64,000 nucleotides of DNA, taken from positions 1-64,000 of the forward strand of contig NMRA01000792.1 of the NCBI GenBank assembly GCA_002633005.1, written 5' to 3'. This stretch comes from Phoronis australis (lineage: Eukaryota; Animalia; Phoronida). The notes under the pieces were generated by a model, which did no database searches, was not told where the DNA came from, and saw only the letters and a list, made by a program, of their open reading frames with translations. Both the position numbers and the translations under genes were made by a program. How positions within the stretch are numbered: position 1 is the first letter of the stretch; each line of letters opens with the position of its first letter. Shown here piece by piece: positions 1 to 12,191 of this stretch.

Positions 1-266
1 TATTCTGTATTCCGCTTCGGCGAAAAATGGTCCGAAAGTTTCTTTTTCAATTGGTCGTATGTCTCATTTTCTTCCGCAGGAAGAGAATCATTTATGACAA
101 AAACTTCCTCCCCCGCATAGTGCAGAAGCGTGGCTTTCTTGTGCGGATCCTGAGTAATGTTCTTTGCCACCAAATAATTGTCAAGTCGCTTAATCCACAA
201 TTCCCAACGGGAACCAGCCGACTCCGTGGGATGAATAATAAATTGGTTAATCGCAAGATCTTCCAT
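1..266 (-). CDS. gag: Ty3/Gypsy retrotransposon Gag N-terminus (runs off the left edge)
   Basis: The minus strand from ATG at 266 reads MEDLAINQFIIHPTESAGSRWELWIKRLDNYLVAKNITQDPHKKATLLHYAGEEVFVINDSLPAEENETYDQLKKKLSDHFSPKRNTE. The W..W..R..NYL / KKA.LLH..G / L..HF.PK.N pattern is typical of Mag-clade-like Gypsy Gag. Not in the ORF track. Confidence 0.85.
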   Translation of the reverse strand, partial: MEDLAINQFIIHPTESAGSRWELWIKRLDNYLVAKNITQDPHKKATLLHYAGEEVFVINDSLPAEENETYDQLKKKLSDHFSPKRNTE

Positions 267-454
267 TTTTGTCCTCGTCGCCAAAATGTTGTGTATTGGC
301 AATGCTACTTGTGGTTTTCCTTAGAATATAGTCACGTGGTATTTATGCCCACAAGCCACGTGCTCATCCCCTTCTTGTATTAGTTCTCCAAGTGAATAGA
401 CGTATTATAATTTACTCTCATCTGTGTTGTTTTACTGGTTCTACGAACACAACA
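1..454 (-). mobile_element. 5' end of a Gypsy LTR retrotransposon: LTR 287-454 and tRNA-Ser primer-binding site 272-283
   Basis: The LTR is bounded by the 7-bp inverted repeat TGTTGTG (287-293) ... CACAACA (448-454). The minus strand then reads TGGCGACGAGGA, complementary to the tRNA-Ser(GCU) 3' end TCCTCGTCGCCA, followed by the gag ATG. Confidence 0.85.
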
Positions 455-2278
455 TGCATATCCCCCTCACTTCATATACAGAGCGATGTGAACTCGTGAA
501 CCGCCTAGATTTCCAGTTAGGGATATATTTATTGTGTCTTTAAGTTTAATAACCCGAGAAACGCTTGAGAACTTTGTGTTCACATAACTCGCTGTGTTCA
601 AGGAAGGGTTCATGCTTATTTGCACAACTGCGACATGAAGCTAAGATACATAGCGTAAAAGTTGACATATCGACAACTAAAGTGCCAGAATTATTAAAAC
701 CTTTAACAGATGAAATGTCTTTTTATTTATTTTAAGGAGTATGGCATTTTTCAAATAATTTTGTTTATTCGAACATCCATCTGCTAATGTATCCAGCCTC
801 GCATTCACGGGAAAATAAGCTCAAGAAAGCTATCGATTCTCAAAAAGCGCTAATGCGTTTCACAGACACCAACTGCAGTATGGCGATATTTACTTTTACT
901 AATTATAACCTGCGTTTATGTCCAAGCTATTTGCCAGTGTAAACGCCTTAATTACAGTTATTGAAAAAATCACGCTGATTTGCGTCCACGCCGACAATCA
1001 ATAAATGGTAAACCTGACTTTACCCTTATACAATAATTCCATTAAATTTGATGAAAAGTCCATATTTTGCGTATAACTGTTGCTGAAGTGGCCATTACAT
1101 ACTGTGTTTCTAATTGATTTTCATCGAACTTTGTTGGACGCCATATTTGCCATTCTGAGGCTCTGCGTGCTTAAAGCGTACCCAATCGGTTACATGTCTT
1201 TGAGCGCCTCTCTCATTAGAGTGGAAATTTGGAAAGTTGAAAACGCGTAAACATCCATTCTTAGTTCTCTGGGGCTGATTCACTGAGGACGTATTTGCTC
1301 GTAAGTTCGATTTACCCGTACGCCTGAGGTATTTATTTAGCGAAGCTTATGAGTATGAAAACTGAAATAACCACCCAAATTCCGGACCCGAAGTCTGATC
1401 TTTGCACTTGAAGTCGAACTCGAAATTAACTTTGCATTCTCTGTTTTAAATTTGTTTATTATTCTGCGTTCGAGCACATTATGGTTTATGCGTATGCCTT
1501 CGCAGTCCAAGTTTCTACTTGAGGTCCCTTACATTTGTGCTACAACTTTGCGTAAAATCGAGATTTCTTTACTTTGAGATCACCCTCGAACGTATAGCCA
1601 TAGTACTGGGGCCATTAAGTGTAAATTAGGATTTGGAAGTCATCCAGGTAATCCATTATGTTCTCGACCGCGGAATAATCGGCACTTCTTTTAATTTCGC
1701 ACAAAAGTAGAATCGAAACTACCAAAATAATTTTTAGTAAGAGGATTAGAACGCCATCCCAGTTTTTGTTGGAACGTTGATTTTCATTCAAGTAGTGGTG
1801 CAGGTTTAAAAGCTGCAATTAGTTTGCTTCGGGCAATTTTATATATTTGTTTGAGTTGTAATATTTCGTGTTATAATCTTTGCCTATAATAATCTGCAAA
1901 ATGAAACAAAATGGAGATCGCCGAATACGTTTTTTCGTTACATTTCCATACGCAAACAAAGTTTGGCAAAAGTTTGAAATTTAAACACCGGTACTGACAA
2001 ACCACTTTGGACTAAATTACTGTTTTATAGCCTTGTAAAAGCGGATCAGTTTCTTTGCACGATGTCTGTTTCGTGTGCTTTATATTTCACTATTAACTGA
2101 AGTCCCCGCTCGGCTGAAGTAAACTTTTCTTTTTCCTACAAAGTAAGTTGTTAATTTTGTTTCTTCTTGTTGTATTTCGATTTTTCGAGCTTCTTTCATG
2201 TATGAAAGAAAGAAAAAACTATGAAACGGTTTTTCTTAGCAGTCAAGAGGAATAGTTATGGGTATGCGCGCGCGCGTT

Positions 2279-2281
<3 letters not shown>

Positions 2282-2311
<30 letters not shown>
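2282..2311. repeat. (GT)n microsatellite
   Basis: About 15 GT units, directly visible. Confidence 0.95.
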
Positions 2312-2312
<1 letters not shown>

Positions 2313-2451
2313 TGTGATGTTCTTTGTCTTTTTGTGATATTGTAATGTTTTTCTCATTGCCAATAAATGTATAAAAAATAAGAAATAAAAAATAGGTTTG
2401 ACGTCTTAGTTTTAGCTGTCGCGTAAGAAATACACATAACGTACCGAGAAT

Positions 2452-2501
2452 TAATATCCCACGAGACATTATTCCGCGGAATAAGGTCGAGTGGGATATT
2501 A
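2452..2501. repeat. 50-bp near-perfect palindrome
   Basis: TAATATCCCAC-gagaca-TTATTCCGCGGAATAA-ggtcga-GTGGGATATTA. Confidence 0.8.
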
Positions 2502-2869
2502 CTTCATGTACGCCAAATGAGGTACGTTTTGTATTTATCCCATGCGCTTCGAATCCCTAAGTTTCTTGCATTTTTTCGGCAGATTTTTCAAATACTTCAT
2601 CCAGACTGTTCACATGGCGGATCACATCCTATATGTATGTACTTGCTCGTTAAGTTGCAAGTTTTCTCTTGTAAAAGAGACAGCTTTAGAAGTAACGATT
2701 TATTTCATGAAAAGAGGTAGCAAAGATGAAAACAACGGCAACTAAGCAGAGAACATGTAACATCCTCTGGAAATAGTTACAAAACAACAATATTTGATTT
2801 TTTGATTTCCTGAGAATCGGCGCCTGAGTTGCACATGATATACATGTGTATAGTCCGGTTACCTATGCA

Positions 2870-3471
2870 GAATGGTGAATGTTGGCCAATTCCCCTTTTG
2901 TCCACTGACGTCACAAGCATACTGGCGCCCCCAGTGGAGGCCCTGAGAACTCGTAAATAAACCGAGTTCATGAACCCGGTAGTATCCAGCCCTAGCAACG
3001 GCCGAGCCAAGCTGGCGAACGGACTTGTATTTATTGTGGGACGTTGAGTATCGTTTTTTTTCTAAAAACATAATGCATGGTATATAATAATGAACGGTAT
3101 ATAGTATCAATTAATTATGATTGATAGATTCCTTTTTAGTCGAGCGTAAACGAGGCTATATCGCGTGGGGATAAAACTTTGGCTTTGCCGTGTGTAACAC
3201 AGAAGAACATTTGGATAGTGTTGCAGGATCGCGAGAATGAATATTCCAATTTTCTTAATTTATTGGAACAATATTAATTTTCTGAGAGGTATGACATGCA
3301 ACATTATTTAAAAAACACACTAAAACATAGCGACTCTGGAAAAATCATAAAAAATACTTTAACCACAGTCGCCAGCATGCTTGTTTACGAGTTCTCAGGG
3401 CCTCCACTGGGGGCGCCAGTATGCTTGTGACGTCAGTGGACAAAAGGGGAATTGGCCAACATTCACCATTC
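2870..3471. mobile_element. Long inverted-repeat (foldback/MITE-like) element; right arm runs into an N-gap
   Basis: 2870-2957 and 3384-3471 are 88-bp reverse complements around a ~425-bp non-coding spacer. Confidence 0.65.
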
Positions 3472-6290
3472 NNNNNNNNNNNNNNNNNNNNNNNNNNNNN
3501 NNNNNNNNNNNNNNNNNNNNNNNNNNNNNNNNNNNNNNNNNNNNNNNNNNNNNNNNNNNNNNNNNNNNNNNNNNNNNNNNNNNNNNNNNNNNNNNNNNNN
3601 NNNNNNNNNNNNNNNNNNNNNNNNNNNNNNNNNNNNNNNNNNNNNNNNNNNNNNNNNNNNNNNNNNNNNNNNNNNNNNNNNNNNNNNNNNNNNNNNNNNN
3701 NNNNNNNNNNNNNNNNNNNNNNNNNNNNNNNNNNNNNNNNNNNNNNNNNNNNNNNNNNNNNNNNNNNNNNNNNNNNNNNNNNNNNNNNNNNNNNNNNNNN
3801 NCACAATAAAATGGCTGCCGAAGGCAGTGCACATTTGAAATAACTCGGCACAAATTAAAGAAAACTTCCGAATCGATGAATGCGGTATATCTGTGAGAGT
3901 TAAATCGAATCCTATTCAGATCATAACTTTGAAGTGGAATAATTCGGTGAGTACAACAGCAAGTCGGTTTTATGCTTAGGCGGACGACCATTGGGTTCCC
4001 GAGTATACTATTCAGCAATTGAAAACTGAGACATAAGTGTCTTATAATTAACATTTTTGTTCCAGATTTCAAGTTTAGGGCCTGGTTGCAAGTCGATTGT
4101 TAGTTACACTGTTGCAACTGTGTTACTTTAAACTATATTCAGAAAGTTTGATGATCGAACTGGGTCAGAGGACGTCGAGTCGACATTGACCTACCTTTTG
4201 AACTTTCCATGTCAGAGGTCTCTTTTAAATTAGCGCGGGAGGTGAATGCGGAAAACTTTATTTCCTGGTCGTATTTCCCTCGACAGATTCAACGGCGTGG
4301 GATAAAAAATAAAAAGAACAGAGACGATGATTGTTTCTACTTACATTCGGCTAGACAACTTGCCTGAATATTCTACTCTAAACTGTAACAATACAGATGC
4401 CTGCCACGTCTTCTTATATGAAAACGGACTTTGAAGCATCTCAAGCCGTAGGGAAACAATCAAGATTTTAGATTTTTCAGTAAAGATTTATTGATGAGCG
4501 GTCTTTCAGAAGAGATAACGAGTTTGAACGTTTTTTTTTTCTTAAAGGGTCAGGTTTACTGAGACGTCTACTTTAAGTTACAGTACATATCGCACAAATT
4601 TTCTGGCCAAGAAGGATAATTGAAATGGACAAAAGCTCTCATAAAATCGGTCTCATAATTTTACTGGGATAGGATCCTTTCTCTGTTACCGACAAGAACA
4701 TCGAAACCATCTGCTCAAGAAAACGCTTCAAAGTTTCATGGGTTTGAACTTCAGTTACATGTGCACGCATTTTGTCTCGTTGGGATTTGAGTCGGTAACG
4801 GAGGTGGAATGCGGTCATGCTAAAGACTGAATACTGTGAGACTAATTATTATTTTTAGCCAGCTAAACACGGCAAAATGTAGCTTAAGGTAAGAAGCAGT
4901 GTGAAGCGGGGTTAAACGAAACAATTATCCAAGTTTTAGCGTTTTGCATTTTGATTTCCTATTCGAATCTGCAGAAAAGATAATGAATTATAAGAGTTGT
5001 GATATTTATCGATAACTTTTAACTCCAATGTCAGTGCTATTCCGGAAGACTGACCAGTGACGCTGTAAGCGGACGCCCTTGACATGTAGTCCAAAATCTC
5101 CTGACCAATAACTTGGCTTATTTTACCTATGTTTTACTCAAAGAAGTATGAAGGCGGGGCAGGGGGCGAGCGACCCCTATCGTGGAATGGGGTTGGTACC
5201 CTCCCACTAAATTAAGCGACCAGAAAAAAATATCCTAGACTTGTGTACCATTGATTTAAAAAAGCTCAAGAGATGCCGAAACTTCGTGGCCACCGGGGAT
5301 ACAAGGGCGTCAGGGCAATATAAACGGGTAAGGTCTGGGGCTGACAAGGTTGAAAGTAGTGTCGACCGCCAGGGGGTGAGTTCACATTTTCTTTACCCTA
5401 TCACTAAAGAAAGTCTTCCTCGACCACCTACAATTATGTTATTTTTTTATTTTTGCCTGTGGATGGTTTGACGGCGCATTGGCTGTTTTCCACTCTCTTA
5501 GCTAGCGTACGGGCGCCACAGCACTGTTCTCCGTCACTACGTCACTGAATGTGGTGAAAACTAAATGAGATTTTGTCAGCGCCGAAGTAAAGGGTGGGGC
5601 AACACGACTCGATTTACACATCTGGAACAATTCGGATATTTCCGTTGCCTCAGATTATCCTAAAGCTGCGAAAGTACATGCGCGCACCCAGCCTAAAATA
5701 CAGGGGGCTTGAATCCTTCGATATGTGGACGTTTTATTGAAAAAACTCAACGAGGACTAAAAAATCGGGGCCACTAGGTTCAGGCCTGCCAATCGTGCAA
5801 GGCACACTGAATTCATGTGGACATGGTGGAATTTAGTCTCATTTACTCGGACTTTTTGTTTCACTGAAGTGGACCTTTTTGCCTAGTTCGCCAAATTGGT
5901 TTGGGGGGAGGGGCTCGTTTGAGCCCCCCGAGCCCCCTCCCCCCTCCCCCTGGGTGCGCCCATGAAGTACCCGAGGTCTTCCGGAACCCCCCACTGCCAC
6001 ATGTACCTTAGTCAGCGCTAGCACGTGACACAGAATAGCAGTGTCGCATAGGGCATGATGTCAAATGATGATCAGTTCCAGGCTTTGACTGTATGAAACT
6101 TAAGTTGACGTCCTAAAGTTTGGCCAATGGTTGGAAGTTGGGAAATCCCTTTCCAGTAACTATTCTGACCCAGACGACTTCTAGCTGCAGGATAATAGAT
6201 TAAATCGCATTCACAAATGTGTGTTTCAAGATCACGCAAAATAATTAGTTTTGATTGCAGAAATAGCACCCTCTGCCCTGAAGGAAAAGC

Positions 6291-6393
6291 ATGTCAGCTC
6301 GACTGGTCAGACGTGTAGACGTAAATGTCGTCGCACTGATTTGTGGCTCAATATTCTTGGCAGAACATGCCGCCAATTGCTGTCCTGTGGCAG
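6291..6393 (+). CDS. PAN protein coding exon 1 (signal peptide)
   Basis: MSARLVRRVDVNVVALICGSIFLAEHAANCCPVA(G) has a basic n-region and hydrophobic core; donor CAG|GTACGT. An acceptor ttgcag at 6260 implies a 5'UTR intron upstream. Confidence 0.65.
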
Positions 6394-8336
6394 GTACGTT
6401 TTCACTTTGAAACGAAAGACGGAATATCTACAAGAAGAGACGCTATAGATGAGCTAATACAGTGTGGTGTTAAAGTTTGCATACTTTTTGTTTGTATCCT
6501 CCACTGCGTAATTAGGCCATCCAATCTTTAGCCTACATTTAATATCACGATTGTCTTTGCTGAAATCATTATATCAATCCACGCAAGCGGAAAGGGAGGT
6601 CTATAATATCCAAAGGAGGAATCGCAAAATACTAACGGCATACCCGACGGTCATCGATCATCTTGGAGAAGGCTCACTAGAGGATGTCTCCTGAAATCAC
6701 CCAATGTATATTGAGCATATCAGTTTGATATTTGCGTTAAGCGTTTGTTTAAGTCATACGTGGCCGTTGGCATTTACTGCGATAAGCTCAAAATATATTT
6801 AAAGGTGGTTCTATAAAACGTTACTGTGAATTTCTTGTTTTCAGGAAGAAATGACTGTTCTTTAGTGTGCTACAAAAACCACATAACAAAACCTACAGGA
6901 CCCTCGAGAGGTAAATTTAGTTGTTTAAACCCCATTCACTTAAGGTTGACAGCTGAGACCAAGCACAGTTGTTAATTTGCTTCAACCAGATAGTAGACCC
7001 GTGCACTTTCTCTCAGAGGTCAACTATAATTTCATTTCAATGTACATGTACACGCCAGGCTGTGCTGGGAACAGTTCCTCTTTTTTGTTCTGAAAACTTT
7101 TATTCTTGCCTTGTGTGGCAATATTTATGCACGTGCATATTACGCTGGTTTCAATTCCATTGATGACGGATTAATGCTTGGCCCCGCATGAACAACTGCA
7201 TAAGTTACACCGCATGAACAACTGTATAAGTTACCCCACATGAACAACTGCATAAGCTACCCCGCATGAACAAACGTATAAAAAAGTCTCGTTTATTTTG
7301 AACTTCAACTGTCTTTTTCCCCAAACTGGAGTCCAACAAATTTAAGCGCCAGGCCACTTGTCGGACAGCGTGTTTTAACCTCGTTTCAACGAGTCTGACA
7401 TGGGATGGAATATCTCAGATTTTAGAGAGCCCCCTCCGAGATCAATCTCTAGTGATATTATTCTTCTCTCAACTTAAGCTTCTCTCGACTAATCGCAGTT
7501 ATTTGATCATTAATTAACAGGTATTCAGAACGAAAATAGCTGCCGGCAGACATGCATAGACGACCCCAGCTGTAAACTGGTACAGTGGGAGACGGGCTCA
7601 CAGAATGGCAATTGCTATATATACAAGGACTGGCCATTAACTTTGAAGACTTCTTTGAGCATGAATGCTTATGTAAAAGTATGCAATGGAGAACATGACC
7701 CTTTCGGTAAGTTATTTTTGTCACCATAGGACGTTATTCGTTTTGTGTAGGAAAAGCGCATTCCTGGAGTCATTGTTGATAGTATAAATTTTCTGAAGTT
7801 GTCAGTTTTGACTATAGGCCTGCAAAACAGCAGTGTTTTGTGCTTTAGTTTTAAGTCGCCAATTCACGTCATAATCTCCCAGACCTTCGTTGAAACTAAA
7901 GCAGGCGGATTAATGGTAAGCGTGTTTGAAATAACCTGTGTCATTTATTACAAAAGTGGGATTACGCCAGACGTATATGTACATGTACATGTTGCTACCC
8001 AGCAGAGCATCAGACCACGACAGCGAACTGTAGGTATATTTTTTCGTTGATCCATATTTCGTCAAAAATGCTAAGTTTTAACGCATGAAACTGTTTGTTA
8101 AAATGCTGACTGATCACAAAGACAAAAAGGGGAACATTCCCATGCCGCATGTTTATGCATGAACTTCCGCAGCTATGAACATTTTCGCGCGAATTTCTTG
8201 GTTTCTCGTCATTTTTCTGTTAACTATGAAAATCTGTCTGAGATTCACTGTTTTGGACTTTGTAATCCAAGATCACGCCTACCAAAAATATCATCACCAT
8301 CACCACCACCATTATCATCATCGTCATCATTATCAC

Positions 8337-8367
<31 letters not shown>

Positions 8368-9542
8368 TTCAACATCAACATAACAACCACCACCATCGCC
8401 ATCACCACCACCATCATCATCACCACCATCACCATTATCATCATCATTTATTTCATTATTATTATTATTATTATTATCATTATTATTATTGTTATTATCG
8501 ATATTGTTATTGTTGTTTTTACTTTTTTTGTTATTATTACTTTATCGTCGTTGTTGCTGGTGTTGCTGTTATTATTATCTTCGTTATCACCAATATCGTC
8601 ATTTTAAATTGTCATTGTCATTGTCCATTATTCATATTCATTGACGTCATCAGCATCATTGTCATCGTCGTCATCAATCCTCACTACATTATCCACGTAA
8701 CGGGCAATGCTCGGCCGATAGCACCATTTTTATTGTCTCATCTGCAGCGATTAGTGGTTCTTGACTCCGGCAGGCAGCAGAATCATCGAATCGACGTCGG
8801 ACTTTTATGTGACTGTGCCGTAACATCATTCTTCGTTATTAATTGACATTGCTAAACAAAACGTTGTTGTCAAGATTTTGGTCGTCGTCATTATTACCAT
8901 AAACATCATCACCATCATGATCGTAGTCATCAACATCATCATCATTTGGAGTCACCCTCATCGTGATCATCCTCGCCTTCATCGCCACCACCATCATCAT
9001 CACCACCACCACCGCCTTCTTCGTCATCATGTTCATCGTTCATCATCATATCACTAAATATCGTCGGTCCTCCACACTATTCGTCTCATTTACGGTTTAA
9101 TTATCAGATTTTCTCTTGTATTTATTTAGCCAATGCAAAGAATGAAGAAACTGCTGGAGACCCGGTACCTACGAGCATTTCGACAATCCCAGCTGACCCG
9201 GTAACAGTGAGCGTTCAGACTATTGCAGCTGACCCGGTAACACTAGGCGTGCAGACTGTCCCAACTGAGCAGACAACACTGAGTTCGACGTCGCCCAGCG
9301 TAGAGCAAACGACTCAAGCTGCTTTTGGGAATTTCGGAAGAATTTACCGCAAAATCTTCAACTCGGACGGCACCTGCGGATTTTTCGCTTTCTTGCGAAC
9401 TGGAGTTCTTCCTACGTCATCATTGATTCAAAAAGTCACGTCGACCCAATCGCAGTGCGCTTTTGCATGTTCAAAGATGCAAAGATGTCACAAGTTTCTC
9501 GCAAGGCAAAATACTCGTACCTGTGAGCTTCATGGGAATTAA
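6291..9542 (+). CDS. Secreted PAN/Apple-domain protein with Thr-rich linker; join(6291..6393,6845..6910,7521..7706,[8003..8029],9130..9542), about 255-264 aa
   Basis: All introns are GT-AG and phase 1, and the exons give one continuous ORF: signal peptide, PAN domain, T/P-rich repeats, C-terminal CxxxC..C...CEL module. Confidence 0.75.
6845..6910 (+). CDS. PAN protein coding exon 2
   Basis: tttcag acceptor, GAG|GTAAAT donor; encodes GRNDCSLVCYKNHITKPTGPSR; phase 1-1. Confidence 0.65.
7182..7281. repeat. 26-bp minisatellite, ~4 copies
   Basis: CCCCGCATGAACAACTGCATAAGTTA repeated. Confidence 0.9.
7521..7706 (+). CDS. PAN protein coding exon 3 (PAN/Apple core)
   Basis: GIQNENSCRQTCIDDPSCKLVQWETGSQNGNCYIYKDWPLTLKTSLSMNAYVKVCNGEHDPF has the PAN cysteine spacing C-x3-C-x5-C...C-Y...Y-x-K-x-C; aacag acceptor and G|GTAAGT donor. 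Confidence 0.8.
8003..8029 (+). CDS. Possible 27-nt mini-exon of the PAN protein (AEHQTTTAN)
   Basis: cccag acceptor and T|GTAGGT donor; phase 1-1 and frame-preserving; Thr-rich like the linker. Confidence 0.35.
8290..9052. repeat. Low-complexity (CAT/CAC/TAT/CGT)n trinucleotide tracts in a PAN-gene intron
   Basis: Directly visible; produces spurious poly-His and poly-Met ORFs. Confidence 0.9.
9130..9542 (+). CDS. PAN protein last exon (Thr/Pro-rich 12-aa repeats plus PAN-like module)
   Basis: tttag acceptor; three xDPV(P/T) repeats, then SQCAFACSKMQRCHKFLARQNTRTCELHGN*. Overlaps ORF 9207..9542. Confidence 0.75.
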
Positions 9543-10808
9543 CTTGTATACAAGTCGACCAGCTCTTACAATATCGTTCAGTAACATTTATGTACATAAT
9601 AATTTTGGATAACAACTATTTTGTGATCTATTATAAATACAACTAAACCCTAATTTACTGATTTCACCCAAACCGGTGAAAGTTACCTAGACGCAAGACA
9701 CTCGCGAGCAAAGCCATAAGTGTGACACGTGTTTCGCTCGAAATGTATCTCGAAATCTTGCAAAGACTTGCGTGACCTTGCTCATTAGTTGCAAGTGTAT
9801 TGCGTGTACAGCAAACAGCCTAGGCTCTGTCACCTGCTTAGGCATATTTTTTTCCTTCCGTGGCAAAAGCCTGCCACGGTCACCCACAGATGTGGTAACA
9901 CTCATTGCGGACATATATCTAAGTAACTTCGTCGACTAGGGTCTTCAGACTTCCTGCTAACTTTAGAGGGTTGGTAGCGGTCATAGCGCATTGATTCTCT
10001 TTGTAGAATGAATCGTTTGTTTAACAGGTAAAATATGAAGACTAAAACAGGGAAAATGTTAAAATAGGTCCATTTTGATGAAGACTCTAGTTTAGTATTA
10101 TTTTAATGTGACCCTGTCTCTAAGAAAGCCTGCATGGCGTTTGTACACTCTACAGTGTAGTTTGTTTGCATACACTGTGTTGTCCAATGAAAACGTGTTG
10201 TAGTAAAATACTTCGTGTAAAATATGGAGCAGTCACCCATGTAAAGCCCGAGATCGTGCCTTTTTGTTCATTATTAGTTGTTTGACTATACTTGTACAAC
10301 GATTGCATTCGTTTTATCGTGTGGAATGTGTTCCAGTGTCATATGTTACTACAATTAAATTGGAAAAGAAGAGAGTAAGAGGTGTGTTTAAGTGAAGAAA
10401 ATTGTAAATCATTTCCTGAAGGCAATCCAATTTTGAACAAAGTTTCAAATCAAATCAAGGGTATAGTAGGATATATTTTTGGACTAGATCAATAATTTGT
10501 GAATCATGTTGAACACGTTTATACAGTATGCCTAAACGAACATGCATGTACAGGGTGCAACTCAAGAGAGCAACTCAACCAAGGAAGGACAGAGAAATTA
10601 GTCGAGAGTTGAACTGCCAACAATTACTAACTGAAAAATAGTTTTAAGGCCAAGGCACTGAGTGTAGAGGTACTGTTTACATGTCATGTCTACAATAAAC
10701 ACAATCACTGACCATGGGTTGATTAAGCGATGGATATTGCCATGCATCTAAGTTCGTATTTACACTCACTTGTGGGATTTTTTCCACTGGTCGATGATAA
10801 TGTTTTGA

Positions 10809-12191
10809 CTCAATTAAAACGAAACGTTTGTGCATATGTGTATATATGACATCTGTGTATTCAACGACTTGTTATCTATTTTCGATTCTGTTTTTGTGGT
10901 GAGAGCAACGAAATGTATTGTCTTGAATGTTGTCACCGTGAAATAAATCGATGAAAAATTTTATCCTGTATGTTCACTTAGATACACGTCAGAGTCCAGC
11001 TTCCAAAGTTTTTGACACTCGAGAAAAGATTTGAGCTGACAAAATATAAGTGATAGCTAAAATCTACCTAAATCTAATTGAACTTCAGCTGCTCTGAAAC
11101 TTTAAGAAACATAGCACGAGGCAAGGATTGACGTCATGTGCTTACAAATACATGTATTACCTCGACTTTACGAGGAACATTGAGAATACGATTTTGGTCA
11201 ACTCGCAAAGCAAAAATAAATTTTTATCTCATAACCGGCATTTTTGTAACTTTGGCGTAAAAAATAACATTAAGGTAAAAATGTTGTTCCAGACTTTAAC
11301 TTTGCAGGCTATTGACGTATATTTATCATTTATAATAGTGACATTATTGTTCATATTGTCGACTTCATTGATTAGCCCTTTTACGTTTCATNNNNNNNNN
11401 NNNNNNNNNNNNNNNNNNNNNNNNNNNNNNNNNNNNNNNNNNNNNNNNNNNNNNNNNNNNNNNNNNNNNNNNNNNNNNNNNNNNNNNNNNNNNNNNNNNN
11501 NNNNNNNNNNNNNNNNNNNNNNNNNNNNNNNNNNNNNNNNNNNNNNNNNNNNNNNNNNNNNNNNNNNNNNNNNNNNNNNNNNNNNNNNNNNNNNNNNNNN
11601 NNNNNNNCTCAATTAAAACGAAACGTTTGTGCATATGTGTATATATGACATCTGTGTATTCAACGACTTGTTATCTATTTTCGATTCTGTTTTTGTGGTG
11701 AGAGCAACGAAATGTATTATCTTGTATGTTGTCACCGTGAAATAAATCGATGAAACATTTTTATCCTGTATGTTCACTTAGATATACGTCAGAGTCCAGC
11801 TTCCAAAGTTTTTTGACACTCGAGAAAAGATTTGAGCTGATAAAATATAAGTGATAGCTAAAATCTACCTAAATCTAATTGAACTTCAGCTGCTCTGAAA
11901 CTTTATGAAACATAGCACGAGGCAACGATTGACGTTAAGTGCTTACAAATACATGTATTACCTTGGCTTTACGAGGAACAATGAGAATACGATTTTGCTC
12001 AACTCGCAAAGCAAAAATAAATTTTATCTCATAACCGGCATTTTTTTAAATTTGGCGTAAAAAATAACATGAAGGTAAAAAGGTAGTTCTAGACTTTAAC
12101 TTTGCAGGTTATTGACGTATACTTATCATTTATAATAGTGACATTATTGTTCATATTGTCGACTTCATTGATTAGCCCTTTTACGTTTCAT
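10809..12191. repeat. Gap-flanking direct duplication (10809-11391 and 11608-12191), probably uncollapsed alleles
   Basis: Two near-identical ~580-bp copies end and start exactly at the N-gap 11392-11607, with scattered SNPs. Confidence 0.85.

Noticed and set aside
27-383. 118-aa plus-strand ORF
   Set aside because: It is the antisense shadow of the minus-strand Gypsy gag and LTR.
3345-4072. Long ORFs spanning N runs (also at 11.1-11.6, 29.8-30.6, 46.2-47.5 and 53.1-53.7 kb)
   Set aside because: They stay open only because N codons translate as X. These are assembly gaps.
6251-6531. ORFs 6251..6448 and 6343..6531 as small Cys-rich peptides
   Set aside because: The third frame (ATG 6291) gives a signal peptide that splices in phase to the PAN exons; these two frames do not.
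8175-9036. Poly-His/Tyr 223-aa ORF and poly-Met/Asp ORFs as metal-binding proteins
   Set aside because: They come from trinucleotide low-complexity DNA in an intron of the PAN gene and are open in several frames on both strands.
10809-12191. 580-bp direct repeats as LTRs or a real tandem duplication
   Set aside because: No TG...CA ends or primer site, and the copies end exactly at the gap, which points to allelic overlap.
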